Shown here piece after piece: positions 1 to 12,794 of a DNA stretch of 45,880 bases. Each line of letters starts with the position of its first letter. Position 1 is the first letter of the stretch. Source of the stretch: Macrostomum lignano (Eukaryota); assembly GCA_002269645.1 (NCBI GenBank), contig NIVC01004438.1, forward strand, positions 1-45,880, read 5' to 3'. Position numbers and translations under genes: made by a program. The notes under the pieces are model-generated. The model did not search any database. It was not told where the DNA came from and saw nothing but the letters and a program-made list of their open reading frames with translations.

Positions 1-748
1 GTCCAGTCAGCTGCTGCGGCCGCATGTCACGCCCGCACGGCCCTCCCTGCTGTCTGCCGTTGTCTCCCAGCATCCTTCCCTGCCCCATCACCCCCTCCTT
101 CTCTGCATCCCTCGCTGTTGTTGGTTTCCTAGAAAGCTGCTAAAAATTCCCACGGCTTGGCCGCGGCTGACCGGGTCGGCTGTAAAATCTGACCAGACCA
201 TGAGACGCTGCTGACTAGAAATCGATCCACTGCAGTCAGCTTCACGGTCGCTGAATTTTCAATTTCTCCCCCCCCCTAAACTCGCCGGCCAGTTGTTACA
301 CTAAATTTCTTTTCTCTTCTCCTCCTCTCTGCCGCTTTTAGAAGAAGAACAAAACAATCCGGCAACTCCGAGCTCGCCTTTGATGTCGGCCCGTCGCCGA
401 GATGAGAGTTCTAAAAGCAAGTTTTTTTTGCAACAGATGAAAGCAACTTGCCGCCATGGCAGAAAAGAAATAAGCGAGATTGCTTTTGTCGCTCATGGAG
501 ACTTGAGCTGAGCTGGCGGGGTGGGGGTGAGAAAATCTGCATTTGAAGGCTTCTGGAAGAAGCTTCTCTTAAACCCAGCTTAACGCACCTGACTGACGAA
601 ATACCTTTTATCTTGTGACCCTCACTTTCTCTTATCTCCGTTACTTTTCCCATCATCGCTCATTTTCAAAATCCTCCTACTTAGGTTACTATCAGTCCGT
701 CAGTCTTGCTGCCTTTGTGGCTTAGTTTTGAAGGGCCTCAGTAGCTAG

Positions 749-1338
<590 letters not shown>

Positions 1339-2599
1339 TTCTTTTATTTTTGTCTTCTTCAGCTTTTTCAGCTTCAGTGTATTTGGTGACCGCTAAACGC
1401 CCCAGCTCCCTGAGCACTCCTTCGATCTTTATCGCTATAAAAGACTCGCTTCATCAGTCGTTCCGCAAACAAATCGAGTCTGAATATTTAAAGTCTCGGC
1501 TATATTTAGAAGCTTTTAGTTCCGTGGTCGTAAAAAGTCCGCAGTTTTGGGCAGAGATTTTTCTGTCTTGCTTTCAGGCGAGCACAGTCTCTCGTGTTTT
1601 CATACTTTCTGCTTTCAGCTGCATCGCATTGCAAGGACAGCCTCAGCTTAACGGCTTGTTGAGTTGCCAAGCTGATCTGTCATTAAAAAACACCCAAGTG
1701 CTCAAACAAATTTTCCGTCAAGTTCGCACCGCTTCCTTTTTCACCTCCAGCTTCAGTATTTGTTTTTTCAACTGGGCACGCAATGGAACCAAATTCGAGT
1801 AGCTACGCAAAATCAATTTTGTGTTTAAAAAATCGCATTCTCCCTGTTCACTGGCAGTTGCTGGGGCCTAAAATTGTTGACGGGACAGGATAGAGAATTC
1901 ACACACCTCTTCTCGGCAAAGTTTTCCCCAGAACTCCCCAGCTCTCCAGGGTGCCCGTTCATCTCGTCCCCAGAACGGCAGTCGCCTTGCTTTGCCCTGG
2001 CATTTTGCCTCCCCGCCGCCGGTCCATAGATGACGGCAGACATAAGGACATGAGAGAAGGGGGCGAGCCAAGGAAATGAGGAATTGATTTCTACTAAGGC
2101 AACAGAGGACTGCAGGCCACCTAAGCCTCCTCTCTACCCTCCCTTCTCTCTCTTAAGACACAGCACCCAATGCATATGGCAAAAAGATTCATTGAGCAAG
2201 AGGCAAGAGGCAGCGGCCTTTTGATACCCTGTCAGTTTCAGCCCCCCCCCCAGTCACATTGCCGCAGCACTCTGCTTCTGTTGCTGTTGAAGCTGTTTCC
2301 TTTCAGCTCAGGCCTGTTCAGCATTTCCTGAGCCGGTGCAGTGCCGCATTTCAGGGTGTCGATAAGCCAGACGACTTGGGCGCAAATACCGGATGCGCCG
2401 AGCAATTTCCGATGTAAAAATGTGTGTTAGCGCTGACTAGAAGGGGAAATACCTGGGATTGGCGGAATTAAAGTACTTTGGCAGGCCGCCACAGTAACAA
2501 GACTGGAAATTAAAGGCCCAGAAGTGTGTCGAAGTGTAGCTGGTACAAAGACCTGTAGGGCAAAACAAGGATAACAAGGATAATTCTACGTACGCAGTC

Positions 2600-2819
2600 A
2601 CACACTTCACACAGAAGTGTACAGTGGCCCTGACTTTATTTATCGTCAGGCATGTACACTTCTGTGCCTTGGGGGGTTGGCCCTCAAGGGCGTTAATTGC
2701 ACGAGCAGAGCCAAGCCAAGATTCCAATTTAGCCCCAAATTAATGTGACTGCACTTGGAATCGAGCCTGGGCCGCTGGCACATTACAACGCCGCGCTTGG
2801 CCACAGGGCTGCGGCCCCC
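2600..2819 (-). mobile_element. tRNA-derived SINE, family B (3' boundary uncertain)
   Basis: The minus-strand head has A-box-like TGGCCAAGCGCGG and B-box-like GGCTCGATTCC. The body motif GTGTACA..CCTGAC..GTCAGGCATGTACAC..GTGCCTTGG recurs at 35581-35635. Confidence 0.6.
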
Positions 2820-3284
2820 TTAGTGTACACGTCTTATAGGTTTCTGCGATCGGCCTGACTCATTGACGGGCATTATAGCAGCATTAAAACTATAGTCAAA
2901 CAGGGATTAACTTTGACTTCAACAATATTAACTTTAATTTAATTTTAATTGTTGAGAAAACGAATAACTGTTTTTCCGGCCTGGCAGACTGGGACCCAGC
3001 TGACTAAGTGTAAAATAATTACTAGGCCAAGCACAGCTCTCGGAAATGGTGAAGAAGACTCAGTCAATGATTTATTACTACACTCCTGGCCGGGACTTCC
3101 TCTTCGCAAAAGACTTTCCACTATTTTTTTCACCTATGAACGAATCGGTCGCGAATTCCGGTGTGGCATTAAAACCGCTCCGATCGCTTCTGCTGCTGGG
3201 AAGCTCATTCTATGAAAATCAGATACTGTCAAGCTCGAACCGGCCAGAACTTTTGGGGACACCGGGCACGAACCCGCGAGTCTT

Positions 3285-3831
3285 ATGCAGGGCCTAATGT
3301 AGGGCCTAATGTAGGGCCTGATGCAGGGTCTAATGCAGGGCCTAATGCAGGGCCTAATGTAGGGCCTGATGCAGGGTCTGATGCAGGGCCTAATGCACGG
3401 TCTAATGCAGGGCCTGATGCAGGGTCTAATGCACGGCCTAATGCACGGTCTAATGCAGGTCTAATGCACGGCCTAATGCAGGGCCTGATGCAGGGTCTAA
3501 TGCAGGGCCTAATGTAGGGCCTAATGTAGGGCCTGATGCAGGGGCTAATGCAGGGTCTAATGCACGGTCTGATACAGGGCCTGATGCAGGGTCTAATGCA
3601 CGGCCTAATGCACGGTCTAATGCAGTGCCTAATGTAGGGTCTAATTCACGGTCTAATGCAGGGCTTAATGCAAGGCCTAATGTAGGGTCTAATGCAGGGC
3701 CTAATGCAAGGCCTAATGTAGGGTCTAATGCAGGGCCTAATGCAAGGTCTAATGTAGGATCTAATGCACGGTCTAATCCAGGGCGTAATGTGCGGTCTAA
3801 TGCACGGTCTAATGCAGGGACTAATGCAGGG
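3285..3831. repeat. 12-bp minisatellite (GGGCCTAATGCA / GGTCTAATGCAG variants)
   Basis: Visible tandem array; it explains the PNAG/PDAG ORFs. Confidence 0.95.
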
Positions 3832-4433
3832 GCGTTGCCACATATTTTACGATAAGGGAAAGGTCTAAACTAAAAATAACAATGCTGAATTGTCTTGGTT
3901 CTTTCACTGCTGCTCGTAAGACGAATGAGAGTGACGCAGCGTCCAGGAGAGAAAAGATAGGGTCACACATCCTTCCATCTCAAAGCGAATTGTAAAGGCA
4001 TTGATCTTGCCTTGCTTTGTTTTGGCCGGGGCGGGGCCGGCAAAGCACCCCCGTGGAGGGAGGCCGGTGGCATTTGCATTGATTAAAAGAGAAAGAAGGA
4101 AGAAGTGGAGGCAGCCTCGTCTCATCTTTAATTTTTTTTCAAGTTGCCTCAAGATTTTTTCTGTCCTTCTGAGAAGAACGGGTCCACTGCCGGTCCTTGG
4201 AAAGTGCCTTGACTTTGGGATTTGGGAAACGAATGAGCGAGGGGAGAAAGAGATAGTGAGACAGGGATGGCAATCGCTTTCCTTTGTTCGGGCAGGGGCG
4301 GATCCACTTAAACTTTCCTATGGAAATCAGGCTTGAATTTCTTGACTGCTCAGCCTCTGCTGCTCCAGCGTGGACTTTTAAACTTTCGAGCTTCTTCATC
4401 TGGCTCCAACTCTACTAAACAGGCTGAGTATTT

Positions 4434-4700
4434 CAGATGTGCAACCGACAGCTCAGCCGCAGCTATTGCGCGGCGCATCTGAAGGCTGCGTACGGCTGTT
4501 CAGTACAAGGACTGGGGGGGGGGGTCGCCACACACAGCCTCAATTACCCCAGCTAATGCTGGCACCCATTTTACAGCTGGGTGAACTGAAGCAATGCAGA
4601 GTTAAGAGTCTTGCTCAAGGACACGAATGGGTCGAGAATCGAACCCCCAACCTTTCAGCCTTTCAGTCGTGAGTCCGATGCTCTAACCACTAGGCTACGA
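4434..4700 (-). mobile_element. tRNA-derived SINE, family A, copy 1
   Basis: Reverse complement of the 10930-11206 and 12508-12794 copies. A-box TAGCCTAGTGG and B-box GGTTCGATTC. The central CCTTGAGCAAGACTCTTAACTCTGC...CAGCTGTAAAATGGG resembles the CORE-SINE domain. Confidence 0.88.
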
Positions 4701-6136
4701 CAATACGTATGAAAAAAATACAAAGTGAAAAATCAGAGGCTATACGGGAGAGCTACGTAGGAATGACAAGGGGAATGAAATGGAAGTGTAATTTTTGTCA
4801 TAACCAAAGAAAAATCCGATTGAACTGTCATTTATACAAAATCTCCTTGATTTTTGACAGCTTTAATCTCTGTTCTACGTTTAATCTCCCTCACAGGCTG
4901 TGCTTTTGAGCTGCTTTACGAAAATACATTCTACAGAGAGAGAGAAGGGAAAGAAGTGCGAAATCGTAATCAGATATGATGCCTGTGCTGGATAGTTAGG
5001 GTCCCCAGGACTCCCGCTATCAATCACGAACTCGGAAACATGGACTGCAACCCAAGTCTACCCGGTATTCGTCGTGCTCAACTAGGGATCAGTAGATAAG
5101 TGAGCAGCCTTTACTGCAGTCCGCCACCTTTTCCTGACCCAGACTACGGAGCACCTATGCTCATCTGACCGGTTGGCCAGCTCATCCTGATCACCACGGG
5201 AAAGCGGCGATTTGTGAAAGTGAAATATTCGTTTCCGATTTGCTCCCCATCATCCCCTGATGGATGAGCTGGGCGAGGCCGGAAACTCTGCCGGGCTTTG
5301 TGGCTGAGTTCCGCGAATGAAAGTGATATTAGTAAGCAGAACTTTTGGTACGCTCTGATGCTCGGCTAATCCGAGGAAATTCCGTGAAATGAGATTTGAG
5401 TATTGTACATAGTTAGTATGTACATGGTTCAGGGTTCCCCTTCGGCTGGGAAATCCATGGAAATTCCGTAGGCGAATGAGTGTACATGGGCGCCTATGTT
5501 TGCAGTATAAGTAAGCTACTGCGCGGCATGGAAAAACCGTGGAAAATCCATAGACGCTATTGGTGAGCTCGAAAAAACTGAGATTGTGTTATTAAAGTCC
5601 GAGGCGCAATGGAATTTCCCCGGATTTTCCTGCGGAACAGTGCAACTAGTATCTAATAAAGACTGGTGAAGGAATCATTGAGATTTGATTGCAGAAAGGC
5701 TGCGAGAAAAATAACGACGGACGAAGAAGCGAAGCACTAACGTTATCAATAGAGACTATGAGCAGTACGATTGTAATGGCAGAACTGAGAAACCAACAGA
5801 CAAGAAAACAGGGGACAGAAGCAATGATTCAGCTAAAACGGAAGAACTGAACCTGAGACAATAAAGCCGGGAAAAGCATTGGAGAAACAATATTAGGATG
5901 GGGAAACGGAAGCCCCAAAGTAACAAACGAGAATGGATTCCGTATTGGAAATGAGAGTGAGCTAAAATGCGACGTCAACTCTGGACGGAGGTTCCTCCTC
6001 AGCCCAGATCTGAATAGCTGTTCTGCTTCTGTTTACCGACACGGGATGAAGCTTTCTTGGAGGCTGGAAAATATAATTGTTTCTTCAGCTTAGAGCGTAT
6101 TTTATAACATATGAACATACACTTCTCTGCCATCGG

Positions 6137-6731
6137 TATCAGACACTCACTCATTCACAAGCATTGTCAGACACGGTCACTCATTTAAAAGCATTGTCAG
6201 ACACGGTCACTCATGCACAAGCATTGTCAGACACGGTCACTCATGCACAAGCATTGTCAGACACGGTCACTCATGCACAAGCATTGTCAGACACGGTCAC
6301 TCATGCACAAGCATTGTCAGTCACGGTCACTCATGCACAAGCATTGTCAGACACGGTCACTCATGCACAAGCATTGTCAGACACGGTCACTCATGCACAA
6401 GCATTGTCAGACACGGTCACTCATTCACAAGCATTGTCAGACACGGTCACTCATGCACAAGCATTGTCAGACACGGTCACTCATGCAAAAGCATTGTCAG
6501 ACACGGTCACTCATGCACAAGCATTGTCAGACACGGTCACTCATGCACAAGCATTGTCAGACACGGTCACTCATTCACAAGCATTGTCAGACACGGTCAC
6601 TCATGCACAAGCATTGTCAGACACGGTCACTCATGCAAAAGCATTGTCAGACACGGTCACTCATGCACAAGCATTGTCAGACACGGTCACTCATGCACAA
6701 GCATTGTCAGACACGGTCACTCATTCACAAG
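6137..6731. repeat. 30-bp minisatellite (TCATGCACAAGCATTGTCAGACACGGTCAC), about 20 units
   Basis: Visible near-perfect tandem units with no unique spacers. Confidence 0.97.
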
Positions 6732-7352
6732 AATTAATGTTTTGTCCACAAAATTCGCATTTACAGTTGCCTTCCCAGATCCTCCGTTGCTGCTTGTCTG
6801 TCCAGCAGTAAACGTCTGCTAAGATTGAACCTGATCTATTCTTAGCAACATGAGAACCGAACTCGCAAATTACATACTCGTATAAAAGCTGAGTCGCTAC
6901 TCTCTACAAGTCGGCAAGTCTATCAAAGGCCTTTATTTCTTTGCCAACAGTTCATCTTAGGAGGAATCTTGCATCCTCGTTGCCTCGAGCGCTGCGTCTC
7001 TCTCCCTCCCTCCTTCATCTGCTGCTCCGCCTCCCCTCTGTATTCTTTTTCTCACCCAAGTTCTCACCCAAGTGCTGCTGCTGCAGCTACCGCTGTTAAT
7101 TGGGACTCGGCCTTGGCTTCATCATAGACCTCTGATTGTGTGTAATTATGCACAGCGGTCATTACTGCACGCGGCTGCGACGTGGGAGGGAGGCTAGCAA
7201 ACTCCCCAGCCCAGGGGGGGGGATAGAAGATATGCTCGCATGCAGTAGAGATGAGAATGGCCTTGAGCATGGATTTGTCTGAATCTTTCATTTGTCTTTT
7301 ACGCCGAGGCCTCGGGGGGTCAGAGCAAACTCAGTCAGTCCTGATAAATTAC

Positions 7353-7504
7353 TTTGTGGCTGGCCCTGTCTGTCTTAGCGCTTCGCCCACGCTTTGACTG
7401 GGATCGGGGCGGAAGACGCGAAAATTGGTGCATCGCGTTTGTGGCAGCAACAATGACTTTCGGTTGCCTGCTGAGTGCTGCGACCGCAGGGGTAACTGAG
7501 TGAC
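7353..7504 (-). CDS. Possible second exon of the minus-strand gene
   Basis: Acceptor CCCCAG| follows a very long pyrimidine tract. The exon is open in phase 0 (VTQLPLRSQHSAGNRKSLLLPQTRCTNFRVFRPDPSQSVGEALRQTGPAT) and ends at donor AAA|GTAATT. No homology recognised. Confidence 0.3.
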
Positions 7505-7509
7505 CTGGG

Positions 7510-7985
7510 GTTGCGAGGGAAGCGGGGGGAGAAAGAGTGGGGGGAGATGGGAGGAAGAAGGGAAGAAAAGGGGAGGAAGAGGGGGCAAGAGGGGAGGAAG
7601 AGGGGAGGAAGAGGGGAGGAACAGGGGGAGGAAGAGGGGGCAAGAGGGGAAGAAGGGAGGAAGAGGGGGAGGGAGAGGGGGAGGAAGAAGGGGGAAGAGG
7701 GGGAAGAGGGGAGGAAGAAGGGGAGGAAGAAGGGGGAAGAGGGAGGAAGAGGGGGAGAAGAGGGAGAGGAAGAAGGGTGAAGAGGGGAGGAAGAGGGGGA
7801 GGAAGAGGGGAGGAAGAGGGGGAGGAAGAGGGAGAGGAAGAAGGGTGAAGAGGGGAGGAAGAGGGGGAGGAAGAGGGGGAGGAAGAGGGAGAGGAAGAAG
7901 GGTGAAGAGGGGAGGAAGAGGGGGAGGAAGAGGGGGAGGAAGAGGGAGAGGAAGAAGGGTGAAGAGGGGAGGAAGAGAAAGGGAG
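7510..7985. repeat. GA-rich polypurine tract (GGAAGAGGGG-type), with a ~57-bp higher-order unit in the 3' half
   Basis: Almost pure purine on the + strand. The marker AAGAAGGGTG recurs at 7770, 7838, 7895 and 7952. Confidence 0.95.
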
Positions 7986-8059
7986 ATGATGGTACTGTTG
8001 AGTTTCGCATCTAAAAATATTAAAAAAGCGAATTATCGGAGCGGCCATGCAAGGCGTAC

Positions 8060-8458
8060 CTCATTCTCGTCCTCTCCTCCGCAGTAAACTCCTCCATCGT
8101 CGTCAAAATTTTCCCGCATATTCTGCTGCTGCTGCTGCTGCTGCTGCCCCGAGGGCGGCCGGCCGGTGAGCAGGGCGCTGGTGACTTTCTCGTCCTTGTC
8201 GCGGGAGAACAGTTTGACTGTGCGAATCACCGCCAGACGTTTGCGAAGCGGCGCCCAAGCCTTCGAGCCCGAGCTGCCCGCAGCTGCCGCCGCCGGAGGT
8301 GCCACAGCCGACTTTGTGGACTCATTCGATGCCGCCAACCCTGCCTGATGCTGGTGGGACTTAGCAGCGCAAGCGGGGATTGCTGATGCGGCTGTTGCTG
8401 ACGGCTGTCGGACATGATCGTTCTGCTGGCAGCCAGAGCTCGCCGCTACCTGCCGCAT
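8060..8458 (-). CDS. Probable first coding exon of an unidentified divergently transcribed gene (Ala/Ser-rich, polyQ, basic amphipathic segment)
   Basis: Non-repetitive GC-rich ORF with an ATG and an upstream in-frame stop. It includes KAWAPLRKRLAVIRTVKLFSRDKDEK and Q8, and ends at a phase-0 donor GAG|GTACGC at 8060/8059. I recognise no protein family. Confidence 0.5.
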
Positions 8459-8750
8459 TACCCGCGCGGGCCGTTCAACCTTGTTTTGCCGGCTGGTTTA
8501 CAAAGTTTGCCTGCTCCTGCTTTGAGCGCTCCTACTTTGCAGGCCTCTGTTCCGAATGCAACGGGACTGCGCGCTTTTCACTCCGTATTAGTTCATTCCT
8601 CAACCCTGCGACTGCCGCCGCTGCCCAGCCCAGTACGGCCAAGGCTGACATTGGTTGCTAGGGCCAGTTACCAATGAGGCCCTGCCTGTCTCATTGGGCC
8701 GCGCGGGACTGAGGAAGTTTCTCTGCGGGAAGTGACTGAATAGAACAGGC

Positions 8751-9274
<524 letters not shown>

Positions 9275-10026
9275 GAAGAGATGGTGGGTGGAGCTGCCTG
9301 CATTTTTCTAACTCACCTCGCGGATCGCCTCACCTCCCCATTGTTTGTACACCCCTCCCGGGCCCACCCTTCATCTGTCTCCCCGCTACCATTGCCGCTG
9401 CCGTCCCCTCCGTGCACTTTTAGTCGCCGCAGCTAGTCGGCCCCAGAGTGCAATTTTCGACACAGCAGCCCCGCTGCTGCCCGGCCAAAATCCCCTCTTC
9501 ATTCTCGGTGGCCTTCCCAGGACAAAATATCGAGGCAAAAAATGCATGCAACTTTCCACCGCAAGCCTTGAGCGAGGCCCGCACTGAGCAGGGTGGGTGA
9601 CAGAAGTTGACGAATTTTGGCACCTCATCTCTGCCCGCTGAAATCCGGCCGGGTTCTGAGGCTCCCTAGCTGTGCGCAAATGCCAATCAATTGCTTCAGT
9701 TCTCTCTTTTAATTGGCTTCCCTATTTGCGCTGATCCGGCTCCTGCTCCTCACTCTCTGGCGTGTCAGTTTTTCTGCATTCTGCTCAGCTCTCCATCAAT
9801 TTCTCGAGGCCAGTCTTCCTTCCAGCGCTTCTACGTGGGCTTTTAAAATTTTACCTATAAAAATTCTGCTTTGACAGACGTTGACTTTGTAAAGTTTTGC
9901 TTGGCTGGAAATTGCCTCGCAAAGAGAAATGATGGAGCTTCGCCAAGCAGAAATTGCACGGAAGAGACTCTTGCAGCTCTGCGCCCATTGCGGGGGAAAT
10001 GCTAAAAGCTGTCTTAGGCCGCCTCC

Positions 10027-10349
10027 CCCTGCCTGTCTCACCCTGCCTGTCTCACCCTGCCTGTCTCACCCTGCCTGTCTCACCCTGCCTGTCTCACCCT
10101 GCCTGTCTCACCCTGCCTGTCTCACCCTGCCCGTCTCACCCTGCCCGTCTCACCCTGCCTGTCTCACCCTGCCTGTCTCACCCTGCCTGTCTCACCCTGC
10201 CTGTCTCACCCTGCCTGTCTCACCCTGCCTGTCTCACCCCGCCTGTCTCACCCTGCCTGTCTCACCCTGCCTGTCTCACCCCGCCTGTCTCACCCTGCCT
10301 GTCTCACCCTGCCTGTCTCACCCTGCCTGTCTCACCCTGCCTGTCTCAC
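10027..10349. repeat. 14-bp minisatellite (CCTGCCTGTCTCAC), about 23 units
   Basis: Directly visible. Confidence 0.97.
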
Positions 10350-10929
10350 TCAATTTCTACAAATCAGCAGATAAGAGGAGCCATCACCGGCGCCCTGCCA
10401 GTCAAAATTTTCAGCTTCATTCGCAGTTTCACTCGCCCAGTCCCAATTCTGCAGAGATTTCAGCCGATGAAGGAGTTGCTAAGAGTCGGTACCAATTGCC
10501 CCCCATCCCACTCTACAGCAGCAGTCTAGTGCTCAAGTGTGCTCAACAAGTGCGGCGCGACCTGCCGAAAGAATCCCACGAAACGAGCCCGCCAACTCGA
10601 ACCCGAATCGATAGTTGAGCAAATTTTCTCTTACCGGCACAGTTAGCATTGGGTACTCAGTCAAATGTACTTTTATCGCTTCCTTCCTTTTTGTTTATCG
10701 GCGGTTGAGAAGCCAGTCGCTAGTCAGCCAGTTGCCAGTCAGTTATGATTAGTAATAAAAATCCGTGGCCGAGGGTTCAACTTATGCAGCCTAAATCAAC
10801 TGCTAGCTACCAACAATGTGTCTGTAGCGCTGAGCTAAATGGTAACTTTGAGCGCAGGTTACTTTCGAAAAACTTCGATTTCGCTAAGTCCCAAGCTATA
10901 CTTTACACCCTTAGTCTAGGGGGGGGGGG

Positions 10930-11206
10930 TTGTAGCCTAGTTGTTAGAGCGTCGGACTAACCGACTGAAAGGTCGGGGGTTCGATTCTCGATCCACTCGG
11001 AACAATTTGATTCCTTGAGCAAGACACTTAACTCTGCATTGCTTCAGTTCACTCAGCTGTAAAGTTAGGGTGTGTGTGTGGCGACCCCCCAGTCCTTGGA
11101 CTGAACAGCCGTACGCAGCATTCAGATGCGCCGCGCAATAGCTGCGGCTGAGCTGTCGGTTGCACATCTGGCCATTAGGGCAGGTGTCGTCAATTTTTTT
11201 ATTACT
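10930..11206 (+). mobile_element. tRNA-derived SINE, family A, copy 2
   Basis: A/B boxes (TAGCCTAGTTG, GGTTCGATTC), CORE-like centre with a small deletion, conserved 3' body, and a T/ATT-type tail. Confidence 0.88.
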
Positions 11207-11361
11207 AGGATCACACAGCAACACAGCAGCTTATAGGTATAATACTGTGGCTGGTCACGGATACCACAGCCGTGATTACATGTACGTACCCATACTGAGG
11301 TCATTTTGGTCAGTTTTTGGTACCAGTTTAGGGGTGCTGGTGCTGGTTTTGATGTAATTTT

Positions 11362-11768
11362 GGCGCCAGTTCAGTTATCATGGGCTCCAGTTCAGGGAGC
11401 ATGGGTGCCAGTTCAGGGATCATGGGTGCCAGTTCAGGGATCATGGGTGCCAGTTCTGGGGTATTGGGTGCCAGTTCAGGGGTATTGGGTGCCAGTTCAG
11501 GGATCATGGGTGCCAGTTCAGGGGTATTGGGTGCCAGTTCAGGGACCATGAGCGCCAGTTTAGGGACCATGAGCGCCAGTTCAGGGATCATGGGTGCCAG
11601 TTCAGGGATTATGGGTGCCAGTTCTGGGGTATTGGGTGCCAGTTCAGGGGTATTGGGTGCCAGTTCAGGGATCATGGGTGCCAGTTCAGGGGTATTGGGT
11701 GCCAGTTCAGGGGTATTGGGTGCCAGTTCAGGGATTATGGGTGCCAGTTCAGGGGTATTGGGTGCCAG
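11362..11768. repeat. 21-bp minisatellite (GGGTGCCAGTTCAGGG-GTATT/ATCAT)
   Basis: Visible array with two alternating variants; it explains the GASSGVL/PELAPNT ORFs. Confidence 0.95.
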
Positions 11769-12169
11769 GGGTTCCGGTTCAAAACAGAGTTCCTTAACGT
11801 TTGGCGGTCGTTGAATCCTTTCCACAATGCCGTGTCCTGGAGATAGCTGAAGCCACCCCATACTTAATATAATTAGTGTGACTGTAATGGGCTCTTCATT
11901 ATAAACCGGATGTAATTAGGAAATGGAAATTTCTGCTCCTGCCTCTACGAAAGGTTTGTTTTTGTTTTGGACAGTCTGGGACAGGCGCCAGTGATTGCTA
12001 TAATATCGATAATAATAGCTAAGAAAGTAAAATGTAGACTAACTATTGAAGGCGAAGTGCTTACTATACTACTTATTATAGCAGATGACAGTGAGTGTTG
12101 ACGGAAAAAGGAAAAAAGGAAGCTTTTCCCAGAGCCTAGGGGGTTGTAGCCAGATAAAGCATCCTGGTC

Positions 12170-12410
12170 AGATGGGAGTGGAAAGGAGAGACAGTGTGGG
12201 AAAGAAAAGAAGAGGAGATAAGAGATAACAGAAGAGAGAAGAGAGGAGAGAGAGGCGAGATGAAAGATGCGATGTGAGAGAAGAGAGAGAAAAGAGAGGA
12301 GAGACGAGAGGGAGAGAAAAAAGGAGATGAGAGAAGGGGAGGAGAGGAGAGGAGAGAGAAGAGAGAGAGAAAAGAAAGAAGAAAATAGGGGAGAGAAAAC
12401 AGCTGAGCAG
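12170..12410. repeat. GA-rich low-complexity tract
   Basis: Directly visible. Confidence 0.85.
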
Positions 12411-12507
12411 AGACAAACCTTGAGCGGGCCGGATTGCCACTGTGAAGTTTCAAAGGAGCCGAGGACCGGATAGAGAGGCTTCGCGGGCCATAGTTTTCCG
12501 ACCCCTG

Positions 12508-12794
12508 GGTCAGAGTGTCGGACTAATCAACGACTGAAAGGTCGGGGGTTCGATTCTCGATCCACGTACTCGGAACAATTTGTGTCCTTAAGCAAGACAC
12601 TTAACTCTGCATTGCTTCAGTTCACCCAGCTGTAAAATGGGTGCCAGCATTTACTGGGGTAATTGAGGGTTTGTGTGGCGACCCCCCAGTGCTTGGACTG
12701 AACAGCCGTACGCAGCCTTCAGATGCGCCGCGCAATAGCTACGGCTGAGCTGTCGGTTGCACATCTGCCCATTAGGGCAGGTGTTATCAATTAT
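12508..12794 (+). mobile_element. tRNA-derived SINE, family A, copy 3 (5' end missing or displaced)
   Basis: High similarity to copies 1 and 2 from GGTCAGAGTGTCGGAC onward. Confidence 0.88.

Noticed and set aside
450-473. Perfect Kozak GCCGCCATGG after an acceptor-like T-tract and CAG
   Set aside because: The ORF is only MAEKK-stop, with no supporting downstream exon.
5428-5642. Possible MITE (CAGGGTTCC...GGAACAGTG) with GGAAATCC-like internal motifs
   Set aside because: The terminal match is only 7/9, there is no clear target-site duplication, and there is no second copy in the window.
7064-7291. 76-codon minus-strand ORF (MKDSDKSMLKAIL...) as a further exon
   Set aside because: No convincing acceptor in the phase required after the 7353 donor and no recognisable homology; left unannotated.
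10930-11000. tRNA genes at the SINE heads (also 4640-4700 and 2750-2819)
   Set aside because: A and B boxes are present but the acceptor and anticodon stems do not pair properly, and each head continues into a shared SINE body.
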